Notes: generated from the letters alone by a model not told the origin. Counted from the first letter of the stretch, positions 23,320 to 31,139 are shown. The stretch is 33,112 nucleotides of DNA from Actinomycetota bacterium (GCA_046724925.1 JBKOXM010000009.1:1-33112); one strand, 5' to 3'. Made by a program: numbers and translations.

Positions 23320-24366
23320 ATGGCCGACTCCGGCCCACTTGCCGTGCTTGGAGCCACTGGCTACACCGGCGGCCTCGTCGTCGAGGCCGCGCGTGAGGCT
23401 GGCATGCCCCTTCGGCTTGTGGGTCGGAGACCCGCCGCGCTCGAACGCATCGCGCGCGCCGGGGAAGAGATCAGGGTCGCGGACGCGCGTGACGAAGCGG
23501 GCCTGATCGACGCCTTCGACGGCGCTTTCGCCGTCGCCTCTGTAGCCGGTCCCTTCCTCGCGCTCGGCGCGAAGCCGGTGGCCGCGGCGATCGCAGTCGG
23601 CGCTCACTACCTCGACACAAGCGTCGAGCAGGCCTTCGCCCAGCTCGTCTATGAGGGCTTCGGAGACTCGGCGGAGGAGCGCGGTGTCGTCTTGCTGACC
23701 TCGTTCGGATTCGACTATGTCGCGGGAGACCTTGCGGCTCGACTCGCTGCGCAGGAGCTCGAGGAGCCGCTCGACGAAATCGTTGTCGCCTACTCGGTCG
23801 AAGGGTTCAGGTTGTCGGCAGGCTCGCGACGGACGCTCGGTCACGTGATGGCTCGGGGTCACCTCGCCTATGAGGAAGGTCTGGTCGAGTCTCGCTTCGG
23901 CCGAACGACGCGTCGCATCCGCTTTCCTTCCGGAGAGCGCAGCGTCGTCGAGTGGGGCGGCGCCGAGCCGCTGACGGTCCCCCGGCACACGAACGTCCGG
24001 CGTGTGCGGTCGTACGTCAAAGCTCCGACGTTCGTCGCCCGAACAGGTCGGATCGCAGGGTTGGCCGCGCCGCTCGTGCGACTGTTAGGACGAGTCGGGT
24101 CTGGCCCCGCGGTCGACCGTCGGCGACGAGCTCGTTTCGCCGTGGTTGCCGAGGCGGTGGGCGAAGCAGGTGGCCGTCGTACAACGCTGGTGGGATCCGA
24201 CGTGTACGGCGTGACTGCCGCCGCAATAGTGCGCGGGACGGAGGCGCTTCGACGCGGTGAGGCGCGCGGGGCCGGGGCGCTTGCGCCGGCGGAGGCATTC
24301 GACGCGGCGCCGCTTGCGAACGGCTTGAGCCCGCTGATGCGGCTCGAGTCGGTGGACGACTTGTGA
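23320..24366 (+). CDS. Saccharopine dehydrogenase-like NAD(P)-binding oxidoreductase
   Basis: The N-terminal Rossmann motif is LAVLGATGYTGGLVVEAA, with overall length and pattern typical of Sacchrp_dh_NADP-family proteins. Confidence 0.65.
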   Translation: MADSGPLAVLGATGYTGGLVVEAAREAGMPLRLVGRRPAALERIARAGEEIRVADARDEAGLIDAFDGAFAVASVAGPFLALGAKPVAAAIAVGAHYLDTSVEQAFAQLVYEGFGDSAEERGVVLLTSFGFDYVAGDLAARLAAQELEEPLDEIVVAYSVEGFRLSAGSRRTLGHVMARGHLAYEEGLVESRFGRTTRRIRFPSGERSVVEWGGAEPLTVPRHTNVRRVRSYVKAPTFVARTGRIAGLAAPLVRLLGRVGSGPAVDRRRRARFAVVAEAVGEAGGRRTTLVGSDVYGVTAAAIVRGTEALRRGEARGAGALAPAEAFDAAPLANGLSPLMRLESVDDL

Positions 24367-24394
24367 CGTCCGGTTCCAGGCGTACGGTCCGGTC

Positions 24395-24604
24395 GTGCGA
24401 CGTCTTCGTCAGCTCAGCGAGGCCGAGTGCTACGCCCGCTGCTACGGCGCCGGAGACGAGAGTGTCACGATCGTCCGCCTCGAACGGATCGTCCAAATCG
24501 ACCGGCGGCGCCTGAGGATCGCACCGCGTCTCTCGGGTGAGGCGCTCCGCGCGCTGTTCGAGGAGAGACTGGCAGCGCGCACGCCGGACGCCGAAGCCGC
24601 CTGA
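24395..24604 (+). CDS. Small hypothetical protein (69 aa)
   Basis: It starts at a GTG with the TANNNT hexamer TACGGT exactly 6 nt upstream. Third-position GC is high, like the flanking genes. I recognise no domain. Confidence 0.4.
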   Translation: MRRLRQLSEAECYARCYGAGDESVTIVRLERIVQIDRRRLRIAPRLSGEALRALFEERLAARTPDAEAA

Positions 24605-24648
24605 CGGCGCTCCAAATCGAGCCCGCCGCCATCCGGTAGAACGCCGGG

Positions 24649-24945
24649 GTGGCGATGTTCCTCGTCATGCTGCGCCGCTCCGGGCCTGACTGGGACCCTT
24701 CGAGGCCGATGGAAGAACAGTCCGACTGGCCTGCTCACGCCTCCTACATGGACGAGCTCGTCGACGCGGGTTTCGTGGTTCTCGGCGGCCCACTTGCGGA
24801 CGAGCACCGGGTCGTACACGTCGTCGAGGCCGACTCGGAGGAAACAGTTCGCGCAACTTACGCGAGCGATCCGTGGAGCGAGACACATCTCGTGGTCGAC
24901 ACCGTCGAGCCGTGGACGATCAGGCTCGACGCTCGGCGCGGCTGA
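24649..24945 (+). CDS. YciI-family (YCII-related) protein
   Basis: The 98-aa ORF reads MFLVMLRRSGPDWDP...HASYMDELVDAGFVVLGGPL...VVEADSEETVRATYASDPW. Confidence 0.7.
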   Translation: MAMFLVMLRRSGPDWDPSRPMEEQSDWPAHASYMDELVDAGFVVLGGPLADEHRVVHVVEADSEETVRATYASDPWSETHLVVDTVEPWTIRLDARRG

Positions 24946-25106
24946 ACCGAGTTTCCCTGAAGCGCCGTCCCGCGCGGCCTCTTTTGCCGGCGGCCGAACA
25001 TCGACTGCATACACGGTTCACGTGCGCGCGCGCGCGTCACCTTGGGAACCCTCCGCCTCACCCCGCTTTCGAGCGTATCGACCAAAATCGCAGGCGTGTG
25101 AGCCGA

Positions 25107-26066
25107 ATGGGTACCGAAACTGTAACGAGCGCCGTCCCCGACGTCCTGGCGCCTGGGCCGCGCATCGTCTTCTGCGGTATTAATCCCGGCCGGGCCTCGG
25201 CGGCGGCCGGCGCACATTTCGCGAATCCGCGCAACGACTTCTGGCGCCTGCTGCACGCGGCGGCGTTCACTCCGCGCCTCCTCGATCCGTCGGAGCAATT
25301 CGATCTCCCGCTGTTCGGCGTCGGCGTGACGAACGCTGCGCACCGGACGACGCGCGGCTCCGGTGATCTGCGCCGCGGAGACTTCGCGGGCGCCGCCGAA
25401 CGGCTGGAATCGCTCGCGCACAACCTCAAGCCGGCGTGGCTCGGCTTCGTCGGGAAGGAGGCGTACCGCGGCACGTTTGGGTCGCCGACACAGCTCGGCT
25501 TGCAGGAACGCGTGCTCGACGAGACGCGCGTCTTCGTCCTCCCGTCGACGTCACCCGCGAACGCGGCGGTACCGTGGAGCGAACGGCTGCGCTGGTTCTC
25601 CGAGCTCGCCGCGCTTAGCGCACCGGAGCCCCGTCCCGGCGTCCGCGCACTCCTGCTCGACCCCGCCGACCGCGTGCTCCTCCTCCAGTATCCCGGCTGG
25701 ACCCCGAACGTCTGGGTCGGTCCCGGCGGCGGCATCGAGCCCGGCGAAGATGCGGAGGAAGCTTTGCGCCGTGAGCTCTCCGAGGAGATCGGTCTCGAGG
25801 ACGCGGAGATCGGGCCTCCGCTGTGGACGAGGTCGCACATCTGGTCGTGGCACGGTCGCGTGTACGACTCGCACGGGGCGATCTACCTCGTGCGCGTCGG
25901 CGACATCGCTGTCCGTCCCGAGCTGGAGGACGCGAGGTTCCATTGGTGGACGCTCGACGAGCTCACCGAGACGAGCGAGCTGCTGTCTCCGCGCCGGCTT
26001 CCGGAGCTCCTGCTCGACCTCCTGACCCACGGGCCGCCGACGGAGCCCTTTGACGTCGGTCTCTGA
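25107..26066 (+). CDS. Fusion protein: Mug/TDG-type G/U mismatch DNA glycosylase (UDG family 2) N-terminal domain plus Nudix hydrolase C-terminal domain
   Basis: Trimmed to ATG 25107 (319 aa). The N-terminus DVLAPGPRIVFCGINPGRASAAAGAHFANPRNDFWRLL aligns by eye to the E. coli Mug N-terminus, with the GINPG codons at 25176-25190. The C-terminus has a complete Nudix box, GGGIEPGEDAEEALRRELSEEIGL (nt 25728-25796). Confidence 0.8.
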   Translation: MGTETVTSAVPDVLAPGPRIVFCGINPGRASAAAGAHFANPRNDFWRLLHAAAFTPRLLDPSEQFDLPLFGVGVTNAAHRTTRGSGDLRRGDFAGAAERLESLAHNLKPAWLGFVGKEAYRGTFGSPTQLGLQERVLDETRVFVLPSTSPANAAVPWSERLRWFSELAALSAPEPRPGVRALLLDPADRVLLLQYPGWTPNVWVGPGGGIEPGEDAEEALRRELSEEIGLEDAEIGPPLWTRSHIWSWHGRVYDSHGAIYLVRVGDIAVRPELEDARFHWWTLDELTETSELLSPRRLPELLLDLLTHGPPTEPFDVGL

Positions 26067-26829
26067 GCTCGAGCGACGGCGAGCGTTCGAGTGCCGGCTC
26101 ACGCCCGACCGTGCGCTGGAGACAATCGACGAAGCCCACGAGTTCCTGCGCGACCGGGGACTCTTCACACTGATGCCGAGCACGTCTCTCCCGAGCCTGT
26201 TCGGCGCCTGCCACGAGGAGCCGTACATGCCGGGCAAACCCGGCTTCGCGCAATGGCCGAAGACGAAGTACCCGTGGGCGTTCGAGCTGCGCGATCGGCC
26301 GGACGTCCACGTTCTGAAGATCCTGCGCGGAAAAGAGCTTTACCTGTCGGACGAGACGATTGCGCTTGCGGCCCCGCTTTGCCGTAGCGAGCTCGCAAAG
26401 GCCGAGCGCGGCGATGACGGTGACGACGCCCAGCGCCTGGTCCGGCACCTCGCCGCAGCCGGACCCTCTGCCCTCGACGAGCTGAGGGATGAGCTCGGTC
26501 TGGACTCGAGGGCACTGCGACGAGTTCGCGTGCCGCTCGAGCGCCTCGGCGCCGTTGCGTCGCGCGGACTGATCGTGCCCGCGAAGAGCGGCGGGCACCG
26601 GCACACCGGTGAATTGCTGCGCTTCGACCAGCTCTACTCCGGCCGCGAGCGCGATGAGGGCGTGGGCGGTCTGGTCGTCGCAGGAGTGCGCGCTGCGGTC
26701 GTCGCTCCCGAGCAGGACGCGCGGCGCTGGTTCTCATGGCCGGTGTCCGCCGACCTTGTCGACGAGCTCGTCGGCGCCGGTCGCTTGACTCGTCCCGGAG
26801 CCGGCTGGCTCGCCTCGTCCGCCCCATGA
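26050..26829 (+). CDS. Uncharacterised protein with a central winged-helix-like segment; possible distant YcaQ/AlkZ (HTH_42) relative
   Basis: The 259-aa ORF starts at TTG and overlaps the Mug-Nudix gene by 17 nt. The segments EAHEFLRDRGLFTL..LPSLFGAC, VHVLKILRGKELYLSDETIALAAPL and GPSALDELRDELGLDSRALRRVRVPLERLGAVASRGLIV resemble AlkZ-family blocks from memory only. Confidence 0.55.
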   Translation: MTSVSELERRRAFECRLTPDRALETIDEAHEFLRDRGLFTLMPSTSLPSLFGACHEEPYMPGKPGFAQWPKTKYPWAFELRDRPDVHVLKILRGKELYLSDETIALAAPLCRSELAKAERGDDGDDAQRLVRHLAAAGPSALDELRDELGLDSRALRRVRVPLERLGAVASRGLIVPAKSGGHRHTGELLRFDQLYSGRERDEGVGGLVVAGVRAAVVAPEQDARRWFSWPVSADLVDELVGAGRLTRPGAGWLASSAP

Positions 26830-26839
26830 TGGGGATTCA

Positions 26840-26881
26840 CCGCCGAAAGTCCATCGCGTAAGCGCGCTGGACTTTTGGCGG
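26840..26881. terminator. Long hairpin between convergent genes (candidate bidirectional terminator)
   Basis: ccgccgaaagtcca / tggacttttggcgg gives 13 Watson-Crick pairs plus one G-U. An inner stem cgcg-taag-cgcg sits inside it. The hairpin abuts the nadE stop codon (26882-26884). Confidence 0.5.
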
Positions 26882-28600
26882 CTAACCGCGCCAGCGGTTG
26901 GTTATGGGCGTCCGTCGATCGCGTCCGAAGGCCTTTGGGCGCAGCTTGACGCCCGGAGGCGCCTGCCGACGCTTGTACTCGGCACGGTCGATCATCGCGA
27001 TCGCCCGCTCGACCACGTCCGGGTCGAAGCCGTCGGTCGAGAGCTCTTCTGCCGATCGATCCAGCTCGACGTAGGCCTCGAGAACCTCGTCGAGGGCCGG
27101 GTAGGGCGGCAAGGAGTCCGCGTCGAGCTGGTCCTCACGGAGCTCCGCGCTAGGTGCGCGCTCGATGATCGACTGAGGGATCACTTCCTGGCCGGCAGCC
27201 TCGTTGAGGTGGCGCGCGAGCCGGAAGACATCCGTCTTGTACACGTCCTTGAGCAGAGCGAAGCCGCCGGCCATGTCGCCGTAGAGCGTCGCGTACCCGA
27301 CTGAGAGCTCGGACTTGTTCCCGCTGGCGACGACCAGCCAGCCGAACTTATTCGAGAACGCCATCAGCAGGAGCCCGCGAACGCGAGCCTGGACGTTCTC
27401 CTCCGTCAGATCAGGCTTCCGGCCGGCGAATGCATCCGCGAGGGTCCCAGTCACGGCCTCGACGATCGAGTCGATGGGCAGCTCGCGAAAATCCGCGCCA
27501 AGGTTCTCGGCGAGACGACGGGCGTCGGCCCGCGTTCCTTCGGACGTGTAGCGGTAAGGCATCGAGATGCAGTGCAGGCGCTCGGGGCCGACGGCCTCCG
27601 CCGCGATCGCCGCGGTCACCGCCGAGTCGATTCCGCCCGAGACGCTAACGACCACGTCGCGGAAGCCGTTCTTCTCGACGTAGTCGTGGAGCCCAAGTCG
27701 GAGCGCGCGCCGCATCTGCTCCAGATCGTCGAGCACGGGGGCGATCGCAGGCGCGTGGCCACGGACGGGCGCGCCCTGCGGCTCGCCGACGTCGACGGTC
27801 GTCACCGGCGGGACCTCGCCCCGCTCACGCGCCAGTGCGCGCCGGCGAACGTCCCTCAGGCGACGGGCGATCACAGCGGTCGGGTCGATGTCGACGACCA
27901 CGAGTGCCTCCTCGAACCCGGGAGCCCGCGCGAGCACATCACCCTCGTCGTCGAGGACGAGCGAATGGCCGTCGAAGATCAGCTCGTCTTGGCCTCCGAC
28001 CGCGTTCACGAACGCAACGAAGCAGGAGTTGTCGCGCGCGCGAGCGACGAACATCTCCTCGCGCTCACGGTCTTTGCCGACGTGGAACGGAGACGCCGAA
28101 AGATTGACGAGGAGTTGTGCGCCGGCGAGTGCCAGGTCTGTCGCAGGCGGCCCCGGCTGCCACATGTCCTCGCAGACTGTCGGCCCGATCAGCGTTTCGC
28201 CGAGCCGAAGCAGCAGGAGGTCACGGCCCGAGGCGAAATAGCGATCCTCGTCGAAGACGCCGTAGTTCGGCAGGAAGCGCTTGCGATAGACCGCCTTGAC
28301 CTCACCCGACGCGCAGACCGCGCAGGCGTTGTACAGGTCGCCTTCGAAGTGGGGAGCTCCCACCAGCACGACGACGTCGTGCGCCGATTCGGCGATCCCG
28401 CTCAGCGCCCTCTCGGCGGCCCGAATGAAACCGGGCCGGAGCAGGAGGTCCTCGGGCGGATAGCCCGTGACCGCGAGCTCGGGGAAGGCGAGGAGATCGG
28501 CGCCGGCCTGCTTCGCTTCCTCGATCCGCTCAACGATCCGATCGCGGTTTCCGTCGATGTCGCCGACGACCGTGTTCATCTGAGCAAGCGCCAGCCTCAC
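26882..28600 (-). CDS. nadE: Glutamine-dependent NAD+ synthetase
   Basis: The 572-aa ORF has an N-terminal CN-hydrolase domain (LALAQMNTVVGD...AFPELAVTGYPPEDL...CEDMW) and a C-terminal NAD synthetase domain with the P-loop VSVSGGIDSA. Confidence 0.92.
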   Translation of the reverse strand: MRLALAQMNTVVGDIDGNRDRIVERIEEAKQAGADLLAFPELAVTGYPPEDLLLRPGFIRAAERALSGIAESAHDVVVLVGAPHFEGDLYNACAVCASGEVKAVYRKRFLPNYGVFDEDRYFASGRDLLLLRLGETLIGPTVCEDMWQPGPPATDLALAGAQLLVNLSASPFHVGKDREREEMFVARARDNSCFVAFVNAVGGQDELIFDGHSLVLDDEGDVLARAPGFEEALVVVDIDPTAVIARRLRDVRRRALARERGEVPPVTTVDVGEPQGAPVRGHAPAIAPVLDDLEQMRRALRLGLHDYVEKNGFRDVVVSVSGGIDSAVTAAIAAEAVGPERLHCISMPYRYTSEGTRADARRLAENLGADFRELPIDSIVEAVTGTLADAFAGRKPDLTEENVQARVRGLLLMAFSNKFGWLVVASGNKSELSVGYATLYGDMAGGFALLKDVYKTDVFRLARHLNEAAGQEVIPQSIIERAPSAELREDQLDADSLPPYPALDEVLEAYVELDRSAEELSTDGFDPDVVERAIAMIDRAEYKRRQAPPGVKLRPKAFGRDRRTPITNRWRG

Positions 28601-28606
28601 GCGCTC

Positions 28607-28625
28607 AGTCTAGCGGTTTTAGACT
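28607..28625. promoter_or_regulatory. Back-to-back TAGACT -10-like hexamers forming the inverted repeat AGTCTA-N7-TAGACT in the nadE / secreted-protein divergent gap
   Basis: On the minus strand, TAGACT (28612-28607) lies 6 nt before the nadE GTG at 28600. On the plus strand, TAGACT (28620-28625) lies 16 nt before ATG 28642, with GAGG in between. Confidence 0.4.
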
Positions 28626-28641
28626 ACGAGGCGAAAACTCG

Positions 28642-29574
28642 ATGAGTAAGCGCACGCGTGGCGGGTACGAGCGGCGTGTGAGCTTCGCTCGTGGGCGACT
28701 GGTACGGCTGGTTCGGGTGGGCGCATTCGTCGCGCTCGTTGCGGCGCTGACCGGCGTCGCCGCTGCGCTGGCCGCGAATTCCGCGACCTACCCGGACCGC
28801 GCCGGCGATTCTGGCGCGGCGGCGGACATAACGCTGGTCTCGGTCTCCTCGGACGATGCCGGTCTGGTCACCGTTCGCGTGGAGTTTCCGGGTCGGCCGA
28901 CCCTCTCCGGAAACGACGGCGTGGCGCTGGGCCTCGACGTCGACCAAAACCCGGACACAGGCAGCATTTTCTACGGCACCGAGTACGTCATCGTCGTGGC
29001 GGGGAACGGCGGCTACGCAGTGCAACGCGCGGTGCGGCGCACGTTCGAGCGCGCTTTCGAGGAGTCTGTGCCGCCGGCCTCCCTCCAGGTAACGCTCACG
29101 GCAGGCGCGGCGACGATCGTCTTCAATCGCGCCGACTTCGGCATGTCAGGAGGCGGCTTCAACTTCTTCGTCGACACCGAACGAGGACAAGCCGTCGACT
29201 TCACGCCCGACTTCGCGACCGTCAACTACCAGTTCGTCGCCGGCACGCCTCCGCCACCTCTGGCGCGCGACGCTCTGAGGCCGATGGTGCGGGCATTGCC
29301 GGCGACAGGAAAGCGTGGTCGGACGGCGAGGCTCTTCCTGCGCGCGGCGGATAACCGCAACGAGGCGCGCGCGGACGTCCAGATCAGCCGCCGTGGCCGA
29401 ATCGTCGGGCGGTCGAACACGAGCTTCCGCCAAATCAGCGCGTTCTACAGGTACTACATCACCGTCCGCGTGCCGCGCAGCACGCCGCGTGGGCGTTACC
29501 AGTTCTGCATTCGCCTGGTCGATCGCGCCGGCCTGCGGAGTCCCTGGAGCTGCGCGCGCCTCACGGTTAGCTAG
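28642..29574 (+). CDS. Secreted hypothetical protein
   Basis: The 310-aa ORF has a signal/anchor RLVRLVRVGAFVALVAALTGVAAALA. The C-terminal part ...RGRYQFCIRLVDRAGLRSPWSCARLTVS looks like an Ig-like beta-sandwich with a Cys pair. I recognise no catalytic motif. Confidence 0.6.
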   Translation: MSKRTRGGYERRVSFARGRLVRLVRVGAFVALVAALTGVAAALAANSATYPDRAGDSGAAADITLVSVSSDDAGLVTVRVEFPGRPTLSGNDGVALGLDVDQNPDTGSIFYGTEYVIVVAGNGGYAVQRAVRRTFERAFEESVPPASLQVTLTAGAATIVFNRADFGMSGGGFNFFVDTERGQAVDFTPDFATVNYQFVAGTPPPPLARDALRPMVRALPATGKRGRTARLFLRAADNRNEARADVQISRRGRIVGRSNTSFRQISAFYRYYITVRVPRSTPRGRYQFCIRLVDRAGLRSPWSCARLTVS

Positions 29575-29612
29575 CTCTGCGCGCTCGGACCTGTTGCGCT
29601 CGGCTGGCGCGG

Positions 29613-30107
29613 CTAGCCGTGCCGGCCGAACTGCGCCACCCAGAGGGCTCCGCCGCCCGGGCCGGTCACATAGGCGATGCCGATCTCCCGCCACCGCCCG
29701 GAGAGGAGCGCCGCTCGGTGGGGTGGTGAGTTCAGCCAGCCGGTGACCGCGTTCTGAGGCGAGCCAAGGGGGCCCGTGCCCCAGGCGAGGTTCTCACCCA
29801 CGCTGTAGCTGCCGCGGGCATAGCCGGCTCGCCGAAAGACTCCGATGAAGCTCTGGCCGCAGGGTGTGTGCGAAATCTGGCCGCAACGCTTGATCGCGGC
29901 AGCCCGTAACGCGGCCGAACGGTTGAGGCGGATCGACATTCGCAGCGCTCGCAATCCGTGTTGTCGGCGTACGAGCGTGATCAGGCGGCGGAGCGAGGCG
30001 ACGTGGGCTGCCCGCGTCGTCGCGTTTGCTCCGACCTCGGTCGCGGACGCAGTGGACGTCTCCGCGGCCGGCGCGGCCACCGCGCTCGTCGTCAAGAGCG
30101 CCGCCAC
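29613..30107 (-). CDS. CAP/SCP/PR1-like domain protein (YkwD-like), secreted
   Basis: The CAP blocks are LNRSAALRAAAIKRCGQISHTPCG...GENLAWG...AVTGWLNSPPHRAALLSGRWREIGIA. The true start is probably upstream of GTG 30107 (see findings). Confidence 0.7.
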   Translation of the reverse strand: MAALLTTSAVAAPAAETSTASATEVGANATTRAAHVASLRRLITLVRRQHGLRALRMSIRLNRSAALRAAAIKRCGQISHTPCGQSFIGVFRRAGYARGSYSVGENLAWGTGPLGSPQNAVTGWLNSPPHRAALLSGRWREIGIAYVTGPGGGALWVAQFGRHG

Positions 30108-30254
30108 GGCCGCACAAAACGCCGCCAGTTTGCTTGTTATCAGTCTCCCGACTCGACTGTGCAGCGCAGATCCCCCCGGATCGCCGAACAGTTCGTCAGG
30201 AGGTTAGACGCGTGGTCGGCTGGAACCTTGCGCCGTGCCTCCTGATCTCGCTGG

Positions 30255-31022
30255 CTATGCCCGTTCTCGTCGCAAACGAATCGCGTTCAGGTCATGTTCG
30301 ACAATCAGGTCGATTCGCCTTTCGAGCTCCTCGGGCGGATCGTGCTCCGCATGAAGGTAACGGCCGCTGAGGCGGTCGAAGCGGCCCGACGCGAGCGCGC
30401 GGACGAGGCTAGGAGCCGCCTCGTCGGGAGTCCAGGGGGCGTCGTCGGAGAACCTGCCTTTTGTCATCTCTGTGCGGACGAGACCGGGAGAGATGGGGAA
30501 GACGGGGATACGCCCCTCGAGCTCGTTCGCGAGCGTCTCGCCGTACCGGCAGACGGCGGCCTTGCTGGCTGGGTACGCCGTGTGGGTCGCCCCGGGAAGG
30601 TAAGCCGCCCCGCTCCCGGTAATGACGATGCGGCCGCGGCCGCGCTCGAGCATTCCGGGGATCACCGTGCGGCAGCAGAGGTGCACGCCGAGGAGGTTCA
30701 CCTCGACGATGCGCCACCAGTCATCGGGATCGACGTCCCAGGTGGAGCCGTCCTGGTTACCGAGGCCGGCGTTCGCTACGAGCAGGTCGATCGGGCCGAG
30801 CTCGCGCTCGACTTCCGTCACCATCCGTTCGACGTCTCGGCGCCTGGAGACGTCGGCCACGACAGCCAGCCCGTCCAGCTCGCGTGCGACCGCTTCGACC
30901 TGCTCCGACGTTCGGGCTGACACGGCCACATGCGCTCCGGCCGCGGCAAGTTCGCGCGCGATGTTCGCCCCCACGCCGCGCCCACCGCCGGTAACGAGCG
31001 CGATCTGGCCCTGGAGTTCCAC
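30255..31022 (-). CDS. Short-chain dehydrogenase/reductase (classical SDR)
   Basis: Trimmed to GTG 31022, giving (M)ELQGQIALVTGGGRGVGANIAREL, with the catalytic Y-x3-K in YPASKAA. TATCCT lies 6 nt upstream of the GTG. Confidence 0.8.
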   Translation of the reverse strand: MELQGQIALVTGGGRGVGANIARELAAAGAHVAVSARTSEQVEAVARELDGLAVVADVSRRRDVERMVTEVERELGPIDLLVANAGLGNQDGSTWDVDPDDWWRIVEVNLLGVHLCCRTVIPGMLERGRGRIVITGSGAAYLPGATHTAYPASKAAVCRYGETLANELEGRIPVFPISPGLVRTEMTKGRFSDDAPWTPDEAAPSLVRALASGRFDRLSGRYLHAEHDPPEELERRIDLIVEHDLNAIRLRRERA

Positions 31023-31139
31023 GCGACGAGGATAGAGGGCGCTACTCGAAGAAGCTGACAAAGCGGCTGTCGCTCCAGGGCCAAGGGACAGACCCTTCTG
31101 TGCCGCGGAGCGTTTAGCTGCGCGTGGCCGGGCGCGCGC

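Noticed and set aside
24873-25106. 78-aa N-terminal extension of the Mug-Nudix ORF.
   Set aside because: It overlaps the end of yciI and the intergenic region, and its translation is Arg-rich and motif-free. Mug homology begins a few residues after ATG 25107.
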